From the IMG/VR virus record IMGVR_UViG_2718217789_000006: DNA of 64,000 nucleotides. One strand, given 5' to 3'. Positions 43,495 through 53,193 of the stretch are shown piece after piece (position 1 is the first letter of the stretch; every line of letters starts with the position of its first letter). The notes under the pieces are model-generated. The model had not been told where the DNA came from and ran no database searches. It saw nothing but the letters and a program-made list of their open reading frames with translations. The position numbers and the translations under genes are program-made. Source of the DNA: a virus. Taxonomy: Duplodnaviria; Heunggongvirae; Uroviricota; Caudoviricetes.

Positions 43495-44619
43495 ATGCGG
43501 ATGAAAGAATTAAATAAATTCAGAGTGATAGACCTCTTTTGTGGGGCAGGTGGATTATCTTATGGTTTTCTTCATGGAGAGATGTCTGACTACTTTGAAA
43601 GTATCCTTGCTATTGATAATAATGCTGCAGCTATAAATACCTACAATGCCAATTTTGGTTTGCATGGAGTTCAGGCAAATATTGAGGAGTGGGCATCCAG
43701 CAATACTGTTCCTGAGGCTGATGTGGTCATAGGTGGCCCCCCGTGTCAGGGATTCAGTTTATTGAATAAGAATCGTTATGGTGATCACCGAAGAGCATTG
43801 TGGGAGCCTTATATGGATGTCATTGAGCGTTCAAGGGCTTGTATGTTCGTCATGGAAAATGTCCCCGGATTGCTGATAAGCGATGAGTTTGCGGACATTA
43901 CGTTTAGAGCGAAATCCATGGGCTTTATTCTGCTTAATCCAATGGTGTTGAATACTGCTGACTATGGAGTACCTCAGACAAGAAAACGAACGATAGCAAT
44001 CGGTATCAAACGAGAACTCTTCGATGTGCATAGTATTCCGGCGTTCCCGCCAGCACCAACGCATCGTTCCCCTGATAAGGATGTCGCTTTGCCTGAATGG
44101 GTCTGTACGCGTGATGCAATTGGTGACTTACCTGCTCCTGTTGGAACTGATATTCGTAATGAACTTCCTCCGCTGAACTTACATTTTGGGCGTAATCCCA
44201 CACCTGTTTCTCTGGAGCGATATAAAGCGGTTCCACCAGGAGGTAACCGTTTCGATTTACAGAAAAAAAGACCTGATATAACCCCGGCGTGCTGGCTAAA
44301 AAAGAAATCTGGAGGGACCGATTTGTTTGGACGTCTGTGGTGGGACAGACCTTCAGTAACGATTCGTACTGAGTTTTTCAAACCGGAGAAAGGGCGATAT
44401 TTACATCCGGAAGAGGATCGGCCAATAACTCATCGTGAGGCAGCGAGATTAATGTCTTTTCCTGATAATTTCATTTTTACCGGTTCAAAAACTGAGATTG
44501 CAAAGCAGATCGGGAATGCTGTTCCACCGCTATTTGCGGCAAAAATCGCACAATATGTGTATGGAGTTTTGCAGGGACGGTATAAGAATAACATCAGTAA
44601 GAATAGTCAAGCAGCCTGA
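43495..44619 (+). CDS. DNA cytosine-5 methyltransferase
   Basis: Motif I DLFCGAGG, motif IV GGPPCQGFS, motif VI ENVPG; GAGG RBS 7 nt upstream. Confidence 0.85.
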   Translation: MRMKELNKFRVIDLFCGAGGLSYGFLHGEMSDYFESILAIDNNAAAINTYNANFGLHGVQANIEEWASSNTVPEADVVIGGPPCQGFSLLNKNRYGDHRRALWEPYMDVIERSRACMFVMENVPGLLISDEFADITFRAKSMGFILLNPMVLNTADYGVPQTRKRTIAIGIKRELFDVHSIPAFPPAPTHRSPDKDVALPEWVCTRDAIGDLPAPVGTDIRNELPPLNLHFGRNPTPVSLERYKAVPPGGNRFDLQKKRPDITPACWLKKKSGGTDLFGRLWWDRPSVTIRTEFFKPEKGRYLHPEEDRPITHREAARLMSFPDNFIFTGSKTEIAKQIGNAVPPLFAAKIAQYVYGVLQGRYKNNISKNSQAA

Positions 44620-44632
44620 AGGAAATCCAGAA

Positions 44633-45511
44633 ATGAATGGAGATTTGGTTGACAGCATAGTTGGTTTTGCTGAAGCCAGAAAGGAGTTTCATGCCCAATT
44701 GTTACTGAATACGCTCACAATTAATACTGCCGGAGTTGTTAGTAACGCAGATAGCAGTAACAAAAACAGTAAAGCTATAGCAAGAGAAATTGCTCGCTTC
44801 TTGCAGGCTGAAACGATTGGTGAACGTGTTGCAGGGCAAACATCTGGTAATCAGTTTGAGAGTATCTGCGCAGAGTTTATAGAAAAAACCTTTTTTAAAC
44901 TCAGCCACTTACGCCCTGGAAAATGGAATGTACATCAGGTTTCTGGTAGAAACAGATTAGAGATAGCTAAATATGAACAATATGCCCATCTTATAGCATT
45001 GGATAGTGCTGCAAAAAGTAATCCTCAGCTAGCTGCTGCACTGGGGAGTGATTATACGATTTCACCAGATATTATTGTTGAAAGAGAACCTGAATGTGAT
45101 CAAGTTATCAACAGTCCTGAATTACTGGTGGATGATTCTGTTACCCGCATGTCAGCTCTCAGGAGTTCGAATGGTGGGAAACCAATATTACACGCAAGTA
45201 TTTCCTGCAAATGGACAATAAGAAGCGACCGGGCCCAGAATGCTCGTTCTGAGGCATTAAATCTTATTCGCAACCGTAAGGGAAATCTCCCTCATGTAAT
45301 GGTTGTTACTGCTGAGCCTACTCCAAGTCGTCTGGCGTCTATTGCTCTTGGTACTGGTGATATAGATTGCGTGTATCATTTTGCGCTTTATGAACTTATA
45401 TCAGCAGTTGAAATACTGGGGCTCAGCGATGCAGCTGACATGCTTTCCGTGATGGTTAATGGTAAAAGATTAAAGGATATTTCTGATCTTCCCTTGGATC
45501 TTGCAGTCTGA
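44633..45511 (+). CDS. Putative type II restriction endonuclease paired with the methyltransferase
   Basis: 292-aa ORF starting 13 nt after the methyltransferase stop with AAGGA RBS; PD…K-like segment (…SPDIIVERE…ISCKWT…); assignment by context. Confidence 0.45.
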   Translation: MNGDLVDSIVGFAEARKEFHAQLLLNTLTINTAGVVSNADSSNKNSKAIAREIARFLQAETIGERVAGQTSGNQFESICAEFIEKTFFKLSHLRPGKWNVHQVSGRNRLEIAKYEQYAHLIALDSAAKSNPQLAAALGSDYTISPDIIVEREPECDQVINSPELLVDDSVTRMSALRSSNGGKPILHASISCKWTIRSDRAQNARSEALNLIRNRKGNLPHVMVVTAEPTPSRLASIALGTGDIDCVYHFALYELISAVEILGLSDAADMLSVMVNGKRLKDISDLPLDLAV

Positions 45512-45681
45512 CATCTCTACGTAAATAGAGTCTGTCATATTTTAACTGTGATGGCACGTCATTGACTTCAGTACATTTTTACTAACCCGCTTCGCGGGTT
45601 TTGTTTTTTCCTGGCATTCTGGTTTACAATCCACACGCCAGCCTGAACAACTGGCACCTGCTGCGCCAGCAGAGACAACCG

Positions 45682-45954
45682 ATGGCGCACAATACCAAAC
45701 ACCACAATTCTGATGCCGACCCTGCCAGCAGACACGGACGGCGCTCTCACGCATTCAAATATGACTGGTACCAGCATGACCAATGCACTGAAGAACAGGC
45801 CGAGTGGCTGATTCAGAATTACCGCAGACGTGGATACCAGTTTCAGAAAGGCCTCAGTCCTGACTTCCGACGCTGGATAATCTCCGTCAGGCTCCCTTAC
45901 TCCGAACGGCCACCGCGTCCGTCCCGCACATTCCAGCAACGGATCTGGAGGTAA
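45682..45954 (+). CDS. Hypothetical basic protein (90 aa) coupled to the DUF968 gene
   Basis: TAA stop overlaps the downstream start (TAATGTG). Confidence 0.3.
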   Translation: MAHNTKHHNSDADPASRHGRRSHAFKYDWYQHDQCTEEQAEWLIQNYRRRGYQFQKGLSPDFRRWIISVRLPYSERPPRPSRTFQQRIWR

Positions 45955-45955
45955 T

Positions 45956-47005
45956 GTGCGGGTATTACTTCGACCTGTTCTGGTACCGGAACTCGGTCTG
46001 GTTATCGTTAAGCCAGGCCGTGAATCAATGTCAGCATTCCATAACGGCAGAATACTGGTGGAGCCGGAACCAAAAAGCATGCGAGCTCTGCCGTCCGGGG
46101 TTGTACCTGCCGTTCACCAGCCGCTGGCGGAAGATAAATCACTACTGCCATTTTTCAGCGATGAGCGGGTGATCCGTGCTGCGGGTGGCGCTGGTGCACT
46201 GTCTGACTGGTTATTACGTCACGTGAAATCCTGCCAGTGGCTACACGGTGATTATCATCACAGCGAAACCGTCATTCACCGTTACGGTACCGGCGCGATG
46301 GTGTTGTGCTGGCACTGCGACAACCAGCTGCGGGAGCAGACATCTGATTCACTGGATCAACTTGCTCAACAGAATCTGGCCGCCTGGATGATTGACATCA
46401 TCCGTCACGCAATGAATGGCGCACAGGAGCGTGAATTATCTCTGGCTGAATTATCCTGGTGGGCAGTCTGCAATCAGGTGGTGGATGCACTACCTGAGGC
46501 AGTATCGCGTCGCTCTCTGGGATTACCGGCGGAAAAAATCCGCTCCGTATACCGTGAAAGCGACATCATACCGGGAGAACAGACCGCCACCAGCATACTG
46601 AAGCAGCGCACAAAAAATATTGCGCTACCGTCTCACACCCACCAGCAACAGAACCCACCACAGGAAAAGACGGTGGTCAGCATTGCCGTTGATCCGGAGT
46701 CTCCGGAATCCTTCATGAAACGACCTAAACGTCGCCGCTGGGTAAATGAGAAATACACACGCTGGGTAAAGACACAGCCGTGTGCGTGTTGTGGTAAGCC
46801 AGCCGACGATCCCCATCACCTGATTGGTCATGGTCAGGGCGGAATGGGGACAAAATCTCACGATATTTTCACGCTACCGCTGTGTCGGGAGCATCACAAC
46901 GAGCTTCATGCGGATCCGCTGGCGTTCGAAGAAAAGCATGGTTCTCAGGTTGATTTAATTTTTCGTTTTCTTGATCACGCCTTTGCAACTGGCGTGCTCG
47001 GGTAA
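45956..47005 (+). CDS. YdfU-like (DUF968) protein with C-terminal HNH/zinc-binding motif
   Basis: …QPCACCGKPADDPHHLIGHGQGG…LPLCREHHNELH…; directly upstream of rusA. Confidence 0.6.
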   Translation: MRVLLRPVLVPELGLVIVKPGRESMSAFHNGRILVEPEPKSMRALPSGVVPAVHQPLAEDKSLLPFFSDERVIRAAGGAGALSDWLLRHVKSCQWLHGDYHHSETVIHRYGTGAMVLCWHCDNQLREQTSDSLDQLAQQNLAAWMIDIIRHAMNGAQERELSLAELSWWAVCNQVVDALPEAVSRRSLGLPAEKIRSVYRESDIIPGEQTATSILKQRTKNIALPSHTHQQQNPPQEKTVVSIAVDPESPESFMKRPKRRRWVNEKYTRWVKTQPCACCGKPADDPHHLIGHGQGGMGTKSHDIFTLPLCREHHNELHADPLAFEEKHGSQVDLIFRFLDHAFATGVLG

Positions 47006-47017
47006 AAGAGGTGACTG

Positions 47018-47392
47018 ATGCTCATAGATTTGGTTTTACCTTACCCGCCGACGGTGAACACTTACTGGCGACGCCGTGGCAGCACATATTTTGTATCAAA
47101 AGCCGGGAAGCGTTATCGCCGGGCAGTGGCGCTTATTGTTCGCCAGCAGCGACTGAAATTAAGCCTGTCCGGACGGCTGGCAATAAAAATTATTGCAGAG
47201 CCACCGGATAAGCGCCGCCGCGACCTGGACAATATCCTGAAAGCACCGCTGGATGCGCTGACGCACGCGGGGTTGTTAATGGACGATGAGCAGTTTGATG
47301 AAATCAATATTGTACGTGGAAAGCCAGTATCTGGTGGACGTCTGGGGGTGAAGATTTACCCCATAATGCTTGAAGGGCAGGTCAAAAAATGA
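47018..47392 (+). CDS. rusA: Holliday-junction resolvase RusA
   Basis: …RRRDLDN…GGRL… motifs as in E. coli RusA; about 120 aa. Confidence 0.8.
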   Translation: MLIDLVLPYPPTVNTYWRRRGSTYFVSKAGKRYRRAVALIVRQQRLKLSLSGRLAIKIIAEPPDKRRRDLDNILKAPLDALTHAGLLMDDEQFDEINIVRGKPVSGGRLGVKIYPIMLEGQVKK

Positions 47393-48210
47393 AACTGGAA
47401 GATTTACCGAAATACTACTCCCCAAAATCCCCTGGCCTGACCGATGCATCGGCCTCAACGTCAAAAGATGCGCTGAGTATCACTGATGTGATGGCCGCGC
47501 AGGGCATGACACAGAATCGGGCTGAGATGGGGTTTTCTGCGTTCCTTGGGAAAATGGGCATTAGTATGAATGACAGAGAGCGGGCAACAGAATTGCTGAC
47601 AGAATATGCACTCAGTCGGTGTGATCGCGTGGCGGCGTTAAGAAAACTCCCGGCAGAAATAAAACCGGCAGTGATGCGTATTATGGCTTCGTATGCGTTT
47701 GAAGATTATGCCCGTAGCGCGGCGAGCAAAAAACAGTGCCCCTGCTGTCACGGAAAAAAATTTATTGAAAGCGAGGTTTTTACAAACAAGATCCAGTATC
47801 CGGATGGTAAGCCGCCAGTGTGGGCAAAGTGCACAAAAGGCGTGTATCCGTCTTACTGGGAGGAATGGAAAAAAGTCAGGGAGGTGGTAAAAGTTGCCTG
47901 TCCGGAGTGTGGAGGGAAGGGAGAGGTATCCACTGCCTGTAAAGATTGTCGTGGGCGCGGTGTTGCCATTCATCGTGAAGAGTCGGAAAAACAGGGTGTG
48001 CCGGTTTTCAGAAACTGTCAGCGTTGTGGTGGGCGTGGCTATGAAAGATTACCTTCAACGGAGGCATTTAATGCCATATGTAATGTAACCGATGCCATAT
48101 CTCTTGATACATGGAAAAAAACAGTTAAACGTTTTTACGATACGCTGGTGGTGCAGTTTGATATTGAAGAAGCATGGGCAGAACAACAACTGAAAAAGGT
48201 GACCAGATAG
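47389..48210 (+). CDS. Q: Late-gene antiterminator Q (QuuQ-like, Cys-rich)
   Basis: 273 aa with four CxxCxGxG repeats; between rusA and the late region. Confidence 0.6.
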   Translation: MKLEDLPKYYSPKSPGLTDASASTSKDALSITDVMAAQGMTQNRAEMGFSAFLGKMGISMNDRERATELLTEYALSRCDRVAALRKLPAEIKPAVMRIMASYAFEDYARSAASKKQCPCCHGKKFIESEVFTNKIQYPDGKPPVWAKCTKGVYPSYWEEWKKVREVVKVACPECGGKGEVSTACKDCRGRGVAIHREESEKQGVPVFRNCQRCGGRGYERLPSTEAFNAICNVTDAISLDTWKKTVKRFYDTLVVQFDIEEAWAEQQLKKVTR

Positions 48211-48215
48211 CTTTG

Positions 48216-48243
48216 TTGATTTTTCCCGAATCTGTGGTAAATT
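48216..48243 (+). promoter_or_regulatory. Candidate late promoter (pR'-like)
   Basis: TTGATT-16 nt-TAAATT just downstream of Q. Confidence 0.3.
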
Positions 48244-48292
48244 TGCCCTAACGATGGGCGTTTTATGCCTGACGTTAGAAGATTTTTTACAC

Positions 48293-48314
48293 CCCGCCGC
48301 CTGGCGGGTTTTTT
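48293..48314 (+). terminator. Candidate tR'-like intrinsic terminator
   Basis: CCCGCC-GCCT-GGCGGG hairpin plus T6, about 55 nt downstream of the candidate promoter. Confidence 0.4.
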
Positions 48315-48436
48315 ATGACTGAAATCGCGTCAGTACAGTAAACGCGCTGGTGGCGGTGAATACCGGTCTTTCAGCTTGCTGGCTTTTTTGACAAGAGTTA
48401 TTGGTGTGTCACGTTAACCGGAAAAGGGAAAAAAGC

Positions 48437-48634
48437 ATGCTAAAACAGCAGGATATGACAGAAACCGCCAGAGCAGTGTTTAATGAATTAAGCGTCACCG
48501 AACCGGCGACAGTCGGGGAGATTGCGCAGAATACTTACCTTTCACGCGAACGCTGCCAGTTAATACTGACCCAGCTTGTTATGGCGGGTCTGGCAGACTA
48601 TCAGTTCGGTTGTTACAGACGCCTTCAGTCCTGA
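48437..48634 (+). CDS. Small hypothetical protein (65 aa)
   Basis: ATG at 48437 (MLKQQDMTET…) inside the 48401..48634 ORF; no clear SD upstream, so the start is uncertain. Confidence 0.4.
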   Translation: MLKQQDMTETARAVFNELSVTEPATVGEIAQNTYLSRERCQLILTQLVMAGLADYQFGCYRRLQS

Positions 48635-48784
48635 AGGCTTTTTTATTTGTGGTAAATGGGCGGCTGGTGGGTGTTAGGGGCACTCACCAGCCATCTGCTC
48701 ATGCGTCCGGATCACAAGCAAACCTCAGGCCCACTGCTTTGCGCAAAAGCAGAATGAGCCTATCAGAGACAGGCTTAATGATCC

Positions 48785-49843
48785 ATGCTTAATACTGTAA
48801 AAATATCCAGCTGTGAGTTAGTCAACGCCGACTGCCTGGAATTTATCCGGTCGTTACCCGAAAATTCTGTTGACCTGATAGTCACGGACCCGCCGTACTT
48901 TAAAGTGAAGCCCGAGGGCTGGGATAACCAGTGGACGGGTGATGAGGATTACCTGAAATGGCTGGACCAGTGTCTGGCGCAGTTCTGGCGGGTGCTGAAA
49001 CCTGCCGGAAGTCTTTACCTGTTCTGTGGCCATCGCCTGGCATCTGATATCGAAATCATGATGCGTGAACGCTTCAGTGTGCTGAACCATATTATCTGGG
49101 CGAAGCCGTCCGGACGCTGGAACGGGTGCAACAAGGAAAGCCTGAGGGCGTATTTCCCCGCCACAGAGCGCATTCTGTTCGCGGAACATTATCAGGGGCC
49201 GTATCGTCCGAAAGATGCCGGGTATGAGGCGAAGGGCAGGGCACTGAAACAGCATGTGATGGCTCCGCTGATTTCTTACTTTCGTGATGCGCGTGCTGCC
49301 CTGGGGATAACGGCAAAACAGATAGTGGATGCCACAGGAAAGAAAAACATGGTGTCGCACTGGTTCAGTGCCAGTCAGTGGCAGCTACCGAACGAAAGCG
49401 ATTATCTGAAATTACAGGCGCTGTTTGCCCGGGTGGCAGAAGAGAAGCATCAGCGGGGTGAACTGGAGAAGCCCCACCACCAGCTGCTGGAGACGTATAC
49501 TTCACTGAACCGGCAGTATGCGGAACTACAGAGTGAATATAAGCATCTGCGGCGGTATTTTGGCGTGACGGCGCAGGTGCCGTACACGGATGTGTGGACG
49601 CATAAACCGGTGCAGTACTATCCCGGGAAACATCCGTGCGAAAAACCGGCAGAAATGCTGCAGCAGATAATCAGTGCGAGCAGTCGTCCGGGTGACCTGG
49701 TTGCAGATTTCTTCATGGGGTCGGGTTCGACAGTCAAAGCCGCGATGGCGCTGGGGCGTCGTGCAACTGGCGTTGAGCTGGAGACTGAACGTTTTGAGCA
49801 GACGGTCAGGGAAGTACAGGATTTAGTCAGTCAGAACGGATGA
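48785..49843 (+). CDS. Orphan amino-group DNA methyltransferase (N6-adenine or N4-cytosine, DPPY type)
   Basis: N-terminal DPPY motif (…LIVTDPPYF…), C-terminal AdoMet motif (…DFFMGSGST…); no adjacent nuclease. Confidence 0.75.
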   Translation: MLNTVKISSCELVNADCLEFIRSLPENSVDLIVTDPPYFKVKPEGWDNQWTGDEDYLKWLDQCLAQFWRVLKPAGSLYLFCGHRLASDIEIMMRERFSVLNHIIWAKPSGRWNGCNKESLRAYFPATERILFAEHYQGPYRPKDAGYEAKGRALKQHVMAPLISYFRDARAALGITAKQIVDATGKKNMVSHWFSASQWQLPNESDYLKLQALFARVAEEKHQRGELEKPHHQLLETYTSLNRQYAELQSEYKHLRRYFGVTAQVPYTDVWTHKPVQYYPGKHPCEKPAEMLQQIISASSRPGDLVADFFMGSGSTVKAAMALGRRATGVELETERFEQTVREVQDLVSQNG

Positions 49844-49951
49844 TATTGCAGAATTAACCGGGTATCAGGTACGCCCCGAAAATTTTAAATGTCTCACAAT
49901 TCAGACGGTTGACAGTTGTCTGGTTTGCGGGGAGTTTGTTAAAAGAAACTG

Positions 49952-50067
49952 GCATGGTGAATCCCCCTGAGCGGAGGGGCATATCAGCGCAGGTGTTTCT
50001 ACTCTATCCTTTCTGTGCGGGTTCAGGTGCTGATACTGAACTCACCGGGAGGCACCCGGCACCATGC
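49952..50067 (+). ncRNA. Conserved structured non-coding element (candidate sRNA), copy 2
   Basis: Same reverse-complementary outer arms and flank hairpins as copy 1, with a different central segment. Confidence 0.35.
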
Positions 50068-50091
50068 ATATGGTTAACAGACACGTAGCGA

Positions 50092-50117
50092 AGCCCCTCT
50101 CCGGAGGGGCTTTTTTT
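50092..50117 (+). terminator. Intrinsic terminator upstream of nanS-p
   Basis: AGCCCCTC-TCCG-GAGGGGCT hairpin followed by T7. Confidence 0.65.
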
Positions 50118-50346
50118 ATGGGCAAAAAAAGCCCGCGCTGGGAGACGCGGGCGGCAAGGAATAAACAACAAAACGTGAAGTAATATTTCAGCTGGCGAAT
50201 AATACCCCATGGTAATCACTCTGCGCAACTGCGCGGCCTTTTTCGAATTGCGGGCTGTAAGTCTCCCTTCTGCCATTGTCCTGTAACTTCCGAACTTCAG
50301 CCCGCTCTTTATCTGATTCAGTACACTATCCCGGCCGGGAGGATTC

Positions 50347-52293
50347 ATGACATTTAAACATTACGATGTGGTCAGGGCGGCATCGCCGTCAGACCTTGCT
50401 GATGCACTTGCGCAAAAAATTCGTGAAGGATGGCAACCATACGGTGGGCCGTTTTCTTCGTATACGGATGATGGCGCAGCACTTATTCAGGCGATTGTCG
50501 CAGAAGGTGATGTGAGCACACCTGTTGTGGTGAAGCCGACAGGTGGAGAAGGTGCAGTAATCAGTGCCACCAGCGACCCGGAGTATTACTTTGTTGTGGT
50601 TCTGGCAGGGCAGTCAAACGGCATGTCGTATGGTGAAGGTCTTCCGCTGCCGGAGACATATGACCGTCCGGAGCCGCGTATTAAGCAACTGGCGCGTCGC
50701 AGTACGGTGACACCGGGTGGTGTCGCCTGTAAATATAACGACATCATTCCGGCGGACCATTGTCTGCATGATGTGCAGGACATGAGCCGCCTTAACCATC
50801 CGAAAGCGGACCTGTCAAAGGGGCAGTACGGAACCGTGGGGCAGGGGCTGCATATCGCCAAAAAATTGCTGCCGTTTATACCGGCGAATGCGGGCATTCT
50901 GCTGGTTCCGTGCTGTCGTGGTGGTTCAGCGTTCACCACCGGAGCTGATGGCACATACAGTGACGCGAGTGGTGCCTCGGAGAATTCAACCCGCTGGGGT
51001 GTGGACAAGCCGCTGTATAAGGACCTTATCGGTCGAACAAAAGCAGCACTGAAGAAGAATCCGAAAAATGTGCTGTTTGCCGTGGTGTGGATGCAGGGGG
51101 AATTTGATTTTGGCGGTACGCCGGCAAATCACGCAGCACAGTTTGGTGCGCTGGTTGATAAATTCCGTGCAGACCTGGCGGATATGGCAGGTCAGTGCGT
51201 CGGTGGCTCTGCTGGCGGTGTTCCCTGGATATGTGGAGATACGACGTATTTCTGGAAGCAGAAGAACGAATCCACGTACCAGACGGTGTACGGCAGCTAC
51301 AAAAACAAAACGGAAAAGAATATCCATTTCGTACCGTTCATGACGGATGAGAACGGGGTGAATGTGCCGACGAACAAACCGGAAGAAGACCCGGACATTC
51401 CGGGTATCGGATATTACGGTTCGAAATGGCGTGACAGCTCAGCCACCTGGACGTCACAGGACAGGGCGAGCCATTTCAGTTCATGGGCTCGCCGCGGGAT
51501 TATTTCCGACCGTCTGGCAACGGCGATTTTGCGCCATGCGGGAAGAGTGGCGCTAAACGCGGGGGCATCATCGACAGTATCAGAGGTGCGCCCGTCATCG
51601 CCTTCCGGTGCAGAAGCCACAGGCGTCACAACACTGCTCTCTTACCTTGCCAGCGAGTCAGAGGGAAGCCTGAAAGTACAGGGATGGTCAGCCAGTGGCG
51701 GCAAGGCAGAAGTGGTCAGCGATGCGGAGGGAACCGGAGGTAAGGCAGTGAAGCTGACCAAGGAAGCCGGTAAAAGCAGCTGGGTGCTGGAGTACGCCGC
51801 GGGCAACGGTGCGGCTCTGTTACAGAAAGGGGGGCAGATTCGCTGCCGCTTTAAGGTTTCGGGAGCGCTGGCTGCGAACCAGTATGTTATGGCGTTTTAC
51901 TGGCCGGTATCTTCACTGCCACAGGGCGTTGCCCTGACCGGAGACGGGGGGAATAACCTGCTGGCAGCGTTCTACATCCAGACAGATGCAAAAGACCTGA
52001 ATGTGATGTACCACAATGCGAAAGTGGCGACAAACAACCTGAAACTGGGAAGCTTTGGCGCATTTGATAACGAATGGCATACGCTGGCTTTCCGCTTTGC
52101 CGGGAATAACAGCCTTCAGGTGACGCCGGTTATTGATGGTCAGGATGGCACACCGTTCACGCTGACGCAGTCACCGGTCAGTGCCTTTGCGGCGGATAAA
52201 CTGCATGTGACAGACATTACCAGAGGTGCGACTTACCCGGTACTGATAGACAGCATTGCGGTGGAAGTGAACAGCACAGACACTGCGGCATGA
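50347..52293 (+). CDS. NanS-p-like sialate O-acetylesterase (intact copy)
   Basis: 648 aa; first late gene; SGNH-esterase-like core (…VVVLAGQSNGMSYGEG…); paralog of 1773..3623. Confidence 0.7.
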   Translation: MTFKHYDVVRAASPSDLADALAQKIREGWQPYGGPFSSYTDDGAALIQAIVAEGDVSTPVVVKPTGGEGAVISATSDPEYYFVVVLAGQSNGMSYGEGLPLPETYDRPEPRIKQLARRSTVTPGGVACKYNDIIPADHCLHDVQDMSRLNHPKADLSKGQYGTVGQGLHIAKKLLPFIPANAGILLVPCCRGGSAFTTGADGTYSDASGASENSTRWGVDKPLYKDLIGRTKAALKKNPKNVLFAVVWMQGEFDFGGTPANHAAQFGALVDKFRADLADMAGQCVGGSAGGVPWICGDTTYFWKQKNESTYQTVYGSYKNKTEKNIHFVPFMTDENGVNVPTNKPEEDPDIPGIGYYGSKWRDSSATWTSQDRASHFSSWARRGIISDRLATAILRHAGRVALNAGASSTVSEVRPSSPSGAEATGVTTLLSYLASESEGSLKVQGWSASGGKAEVVSDAEGTGGKAVKLTKEAGKSSWVLEYAAGNGAALLQKGGQIRCRFKVSGALAANQYVMAFYWPVSSLPQGVALTGDGGNNLLAAFYIQTDAKDLNVMYHNAKVATNNLKLGSFGAFDNEWHTLAFRFAGNNSLQVTPVIDGQDGTPFTLTQSPVSAFAADKLHVTDITRGATYPVLIDSIAVEVNSTDTAA

Positions 52294-52430
52294 TAAAAAA
52301 AACCGCCAGCGACAGGAATGGACGCTGGCGGTGGTAATACCTATGGAGAAAAAATAAAGGAACGATACTTTCGTGCTCTGGTTTTTTAAATGAAAACAGT
52401 TCTTATTGTCAACAATAACGGAAAGAAATT

Positions 52431-52610
52431 ATGACATTTCTGAACCAGTTAATGCTGTACTTCTGTACGGTGGTCTGTGTGCTGTATCTCCTTTCGGGTG
52501 GGTACAGGGCCATGCGTGACTTCTGGCGCAGACAGATTGACAAAAGGGCCGCTGAGAAAATCAGCGCCAGTCAGTCAGCCGGAAGCAAACCCGAAGAGCC
52601 GCTCATTTAG
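52431..52610 (+). CDS. Small membrane protein (59 aa)
   Basis: MTFLNQLMLYFCTVVCVLYLLSGG… hydrophobic N-terminus; below ORF-track cut-off. Confidence 0.3.
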   Translation: MTFLNQLMLYFCTVVCVLYLLSGGYRAMRDFWRRQIDKRAAEKISASQSAGSKPEEPLI

Positions 52611-52650
52611 CGGCAACTTTCTTAATCACACCTTTCGACGAGAAAATCCC

Positions 52651-52896
52651 ATGTCAGAAATTACATCCCTGGTCACTGCTGAAGCAGTGAAGGAAGTCCT
52701 GCGCTCTGAAGAAGTCCGGAGCGCACTGAAACAGAAACTTCGCCATAACCTGGAAGCGCGTCTTGATGCAGAAGTGGATGCCATTCTGGATGAACTGCTG
52801 GGCGCACCGGCAGCTCCGGAGCCGGAAGGCATCGCGGGTGAGGGGAGTGCTTCAGATAGCGGTGACCCCACACCGGACAGCGACATGATGATGTAA
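52651..52896 (+). CDS. Small acidic protein (81 aa)
   Basis: ATG at 52651 inside the 52477..52896 ORF; acidic C-terminus. Confidence 0.35.
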   Translation: MSEITSLVTAEAVKEVLRSEEVRSALKQKLRHNLEARLDAEVDAILDELLGAPAAPEPEGIAGEGSASDSGDPTPDSDMMM

Positions 52897-52973
52897 GCAT
52901 GCGTCAGGGACCATCGGTGTGTGCCGGTGGTCTTTTTTATTGTTGTGAGCTTCCGGATTGCGGGAGGCGGGGT

Positions 52974-53189
52974 ATGAACCAGATGGAAAAAATCACAACA
53001 GGTGTGTCATACACCACGTCAGCGGTGGGAACGGGCTACTGGTTCCTGCAGTTGCTGGACAGGGTTTCCCCGTCTCAGTGGGCGGCAATAGGCGTGCTGG
53101 GGAGTCTGCTGTTTGGTCTGCTGACGTACCTGACGAACCTGTATTTCAAAATCAGAGAGGACAGGCGTAAGGCGGCACGGGGAGAGTAA
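52974..53189 (+). CDS. S: Pinholin S21-like with dual start (MNQM…)
   Basis: GGGAGGCGGGG RBS; two in-frame ATGs three codons apart; about 90% nt identity to the prophage-1 holin. Confidence 0.85.
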   Translation: MNQMEKITTGVSYTTSAVGTGYWFLQLLDRVSPSQWAAIGVLGSLLFGLLTYLTNLYFKIREDRRKAARGE

Positions 53190-53193
53190 GCTG

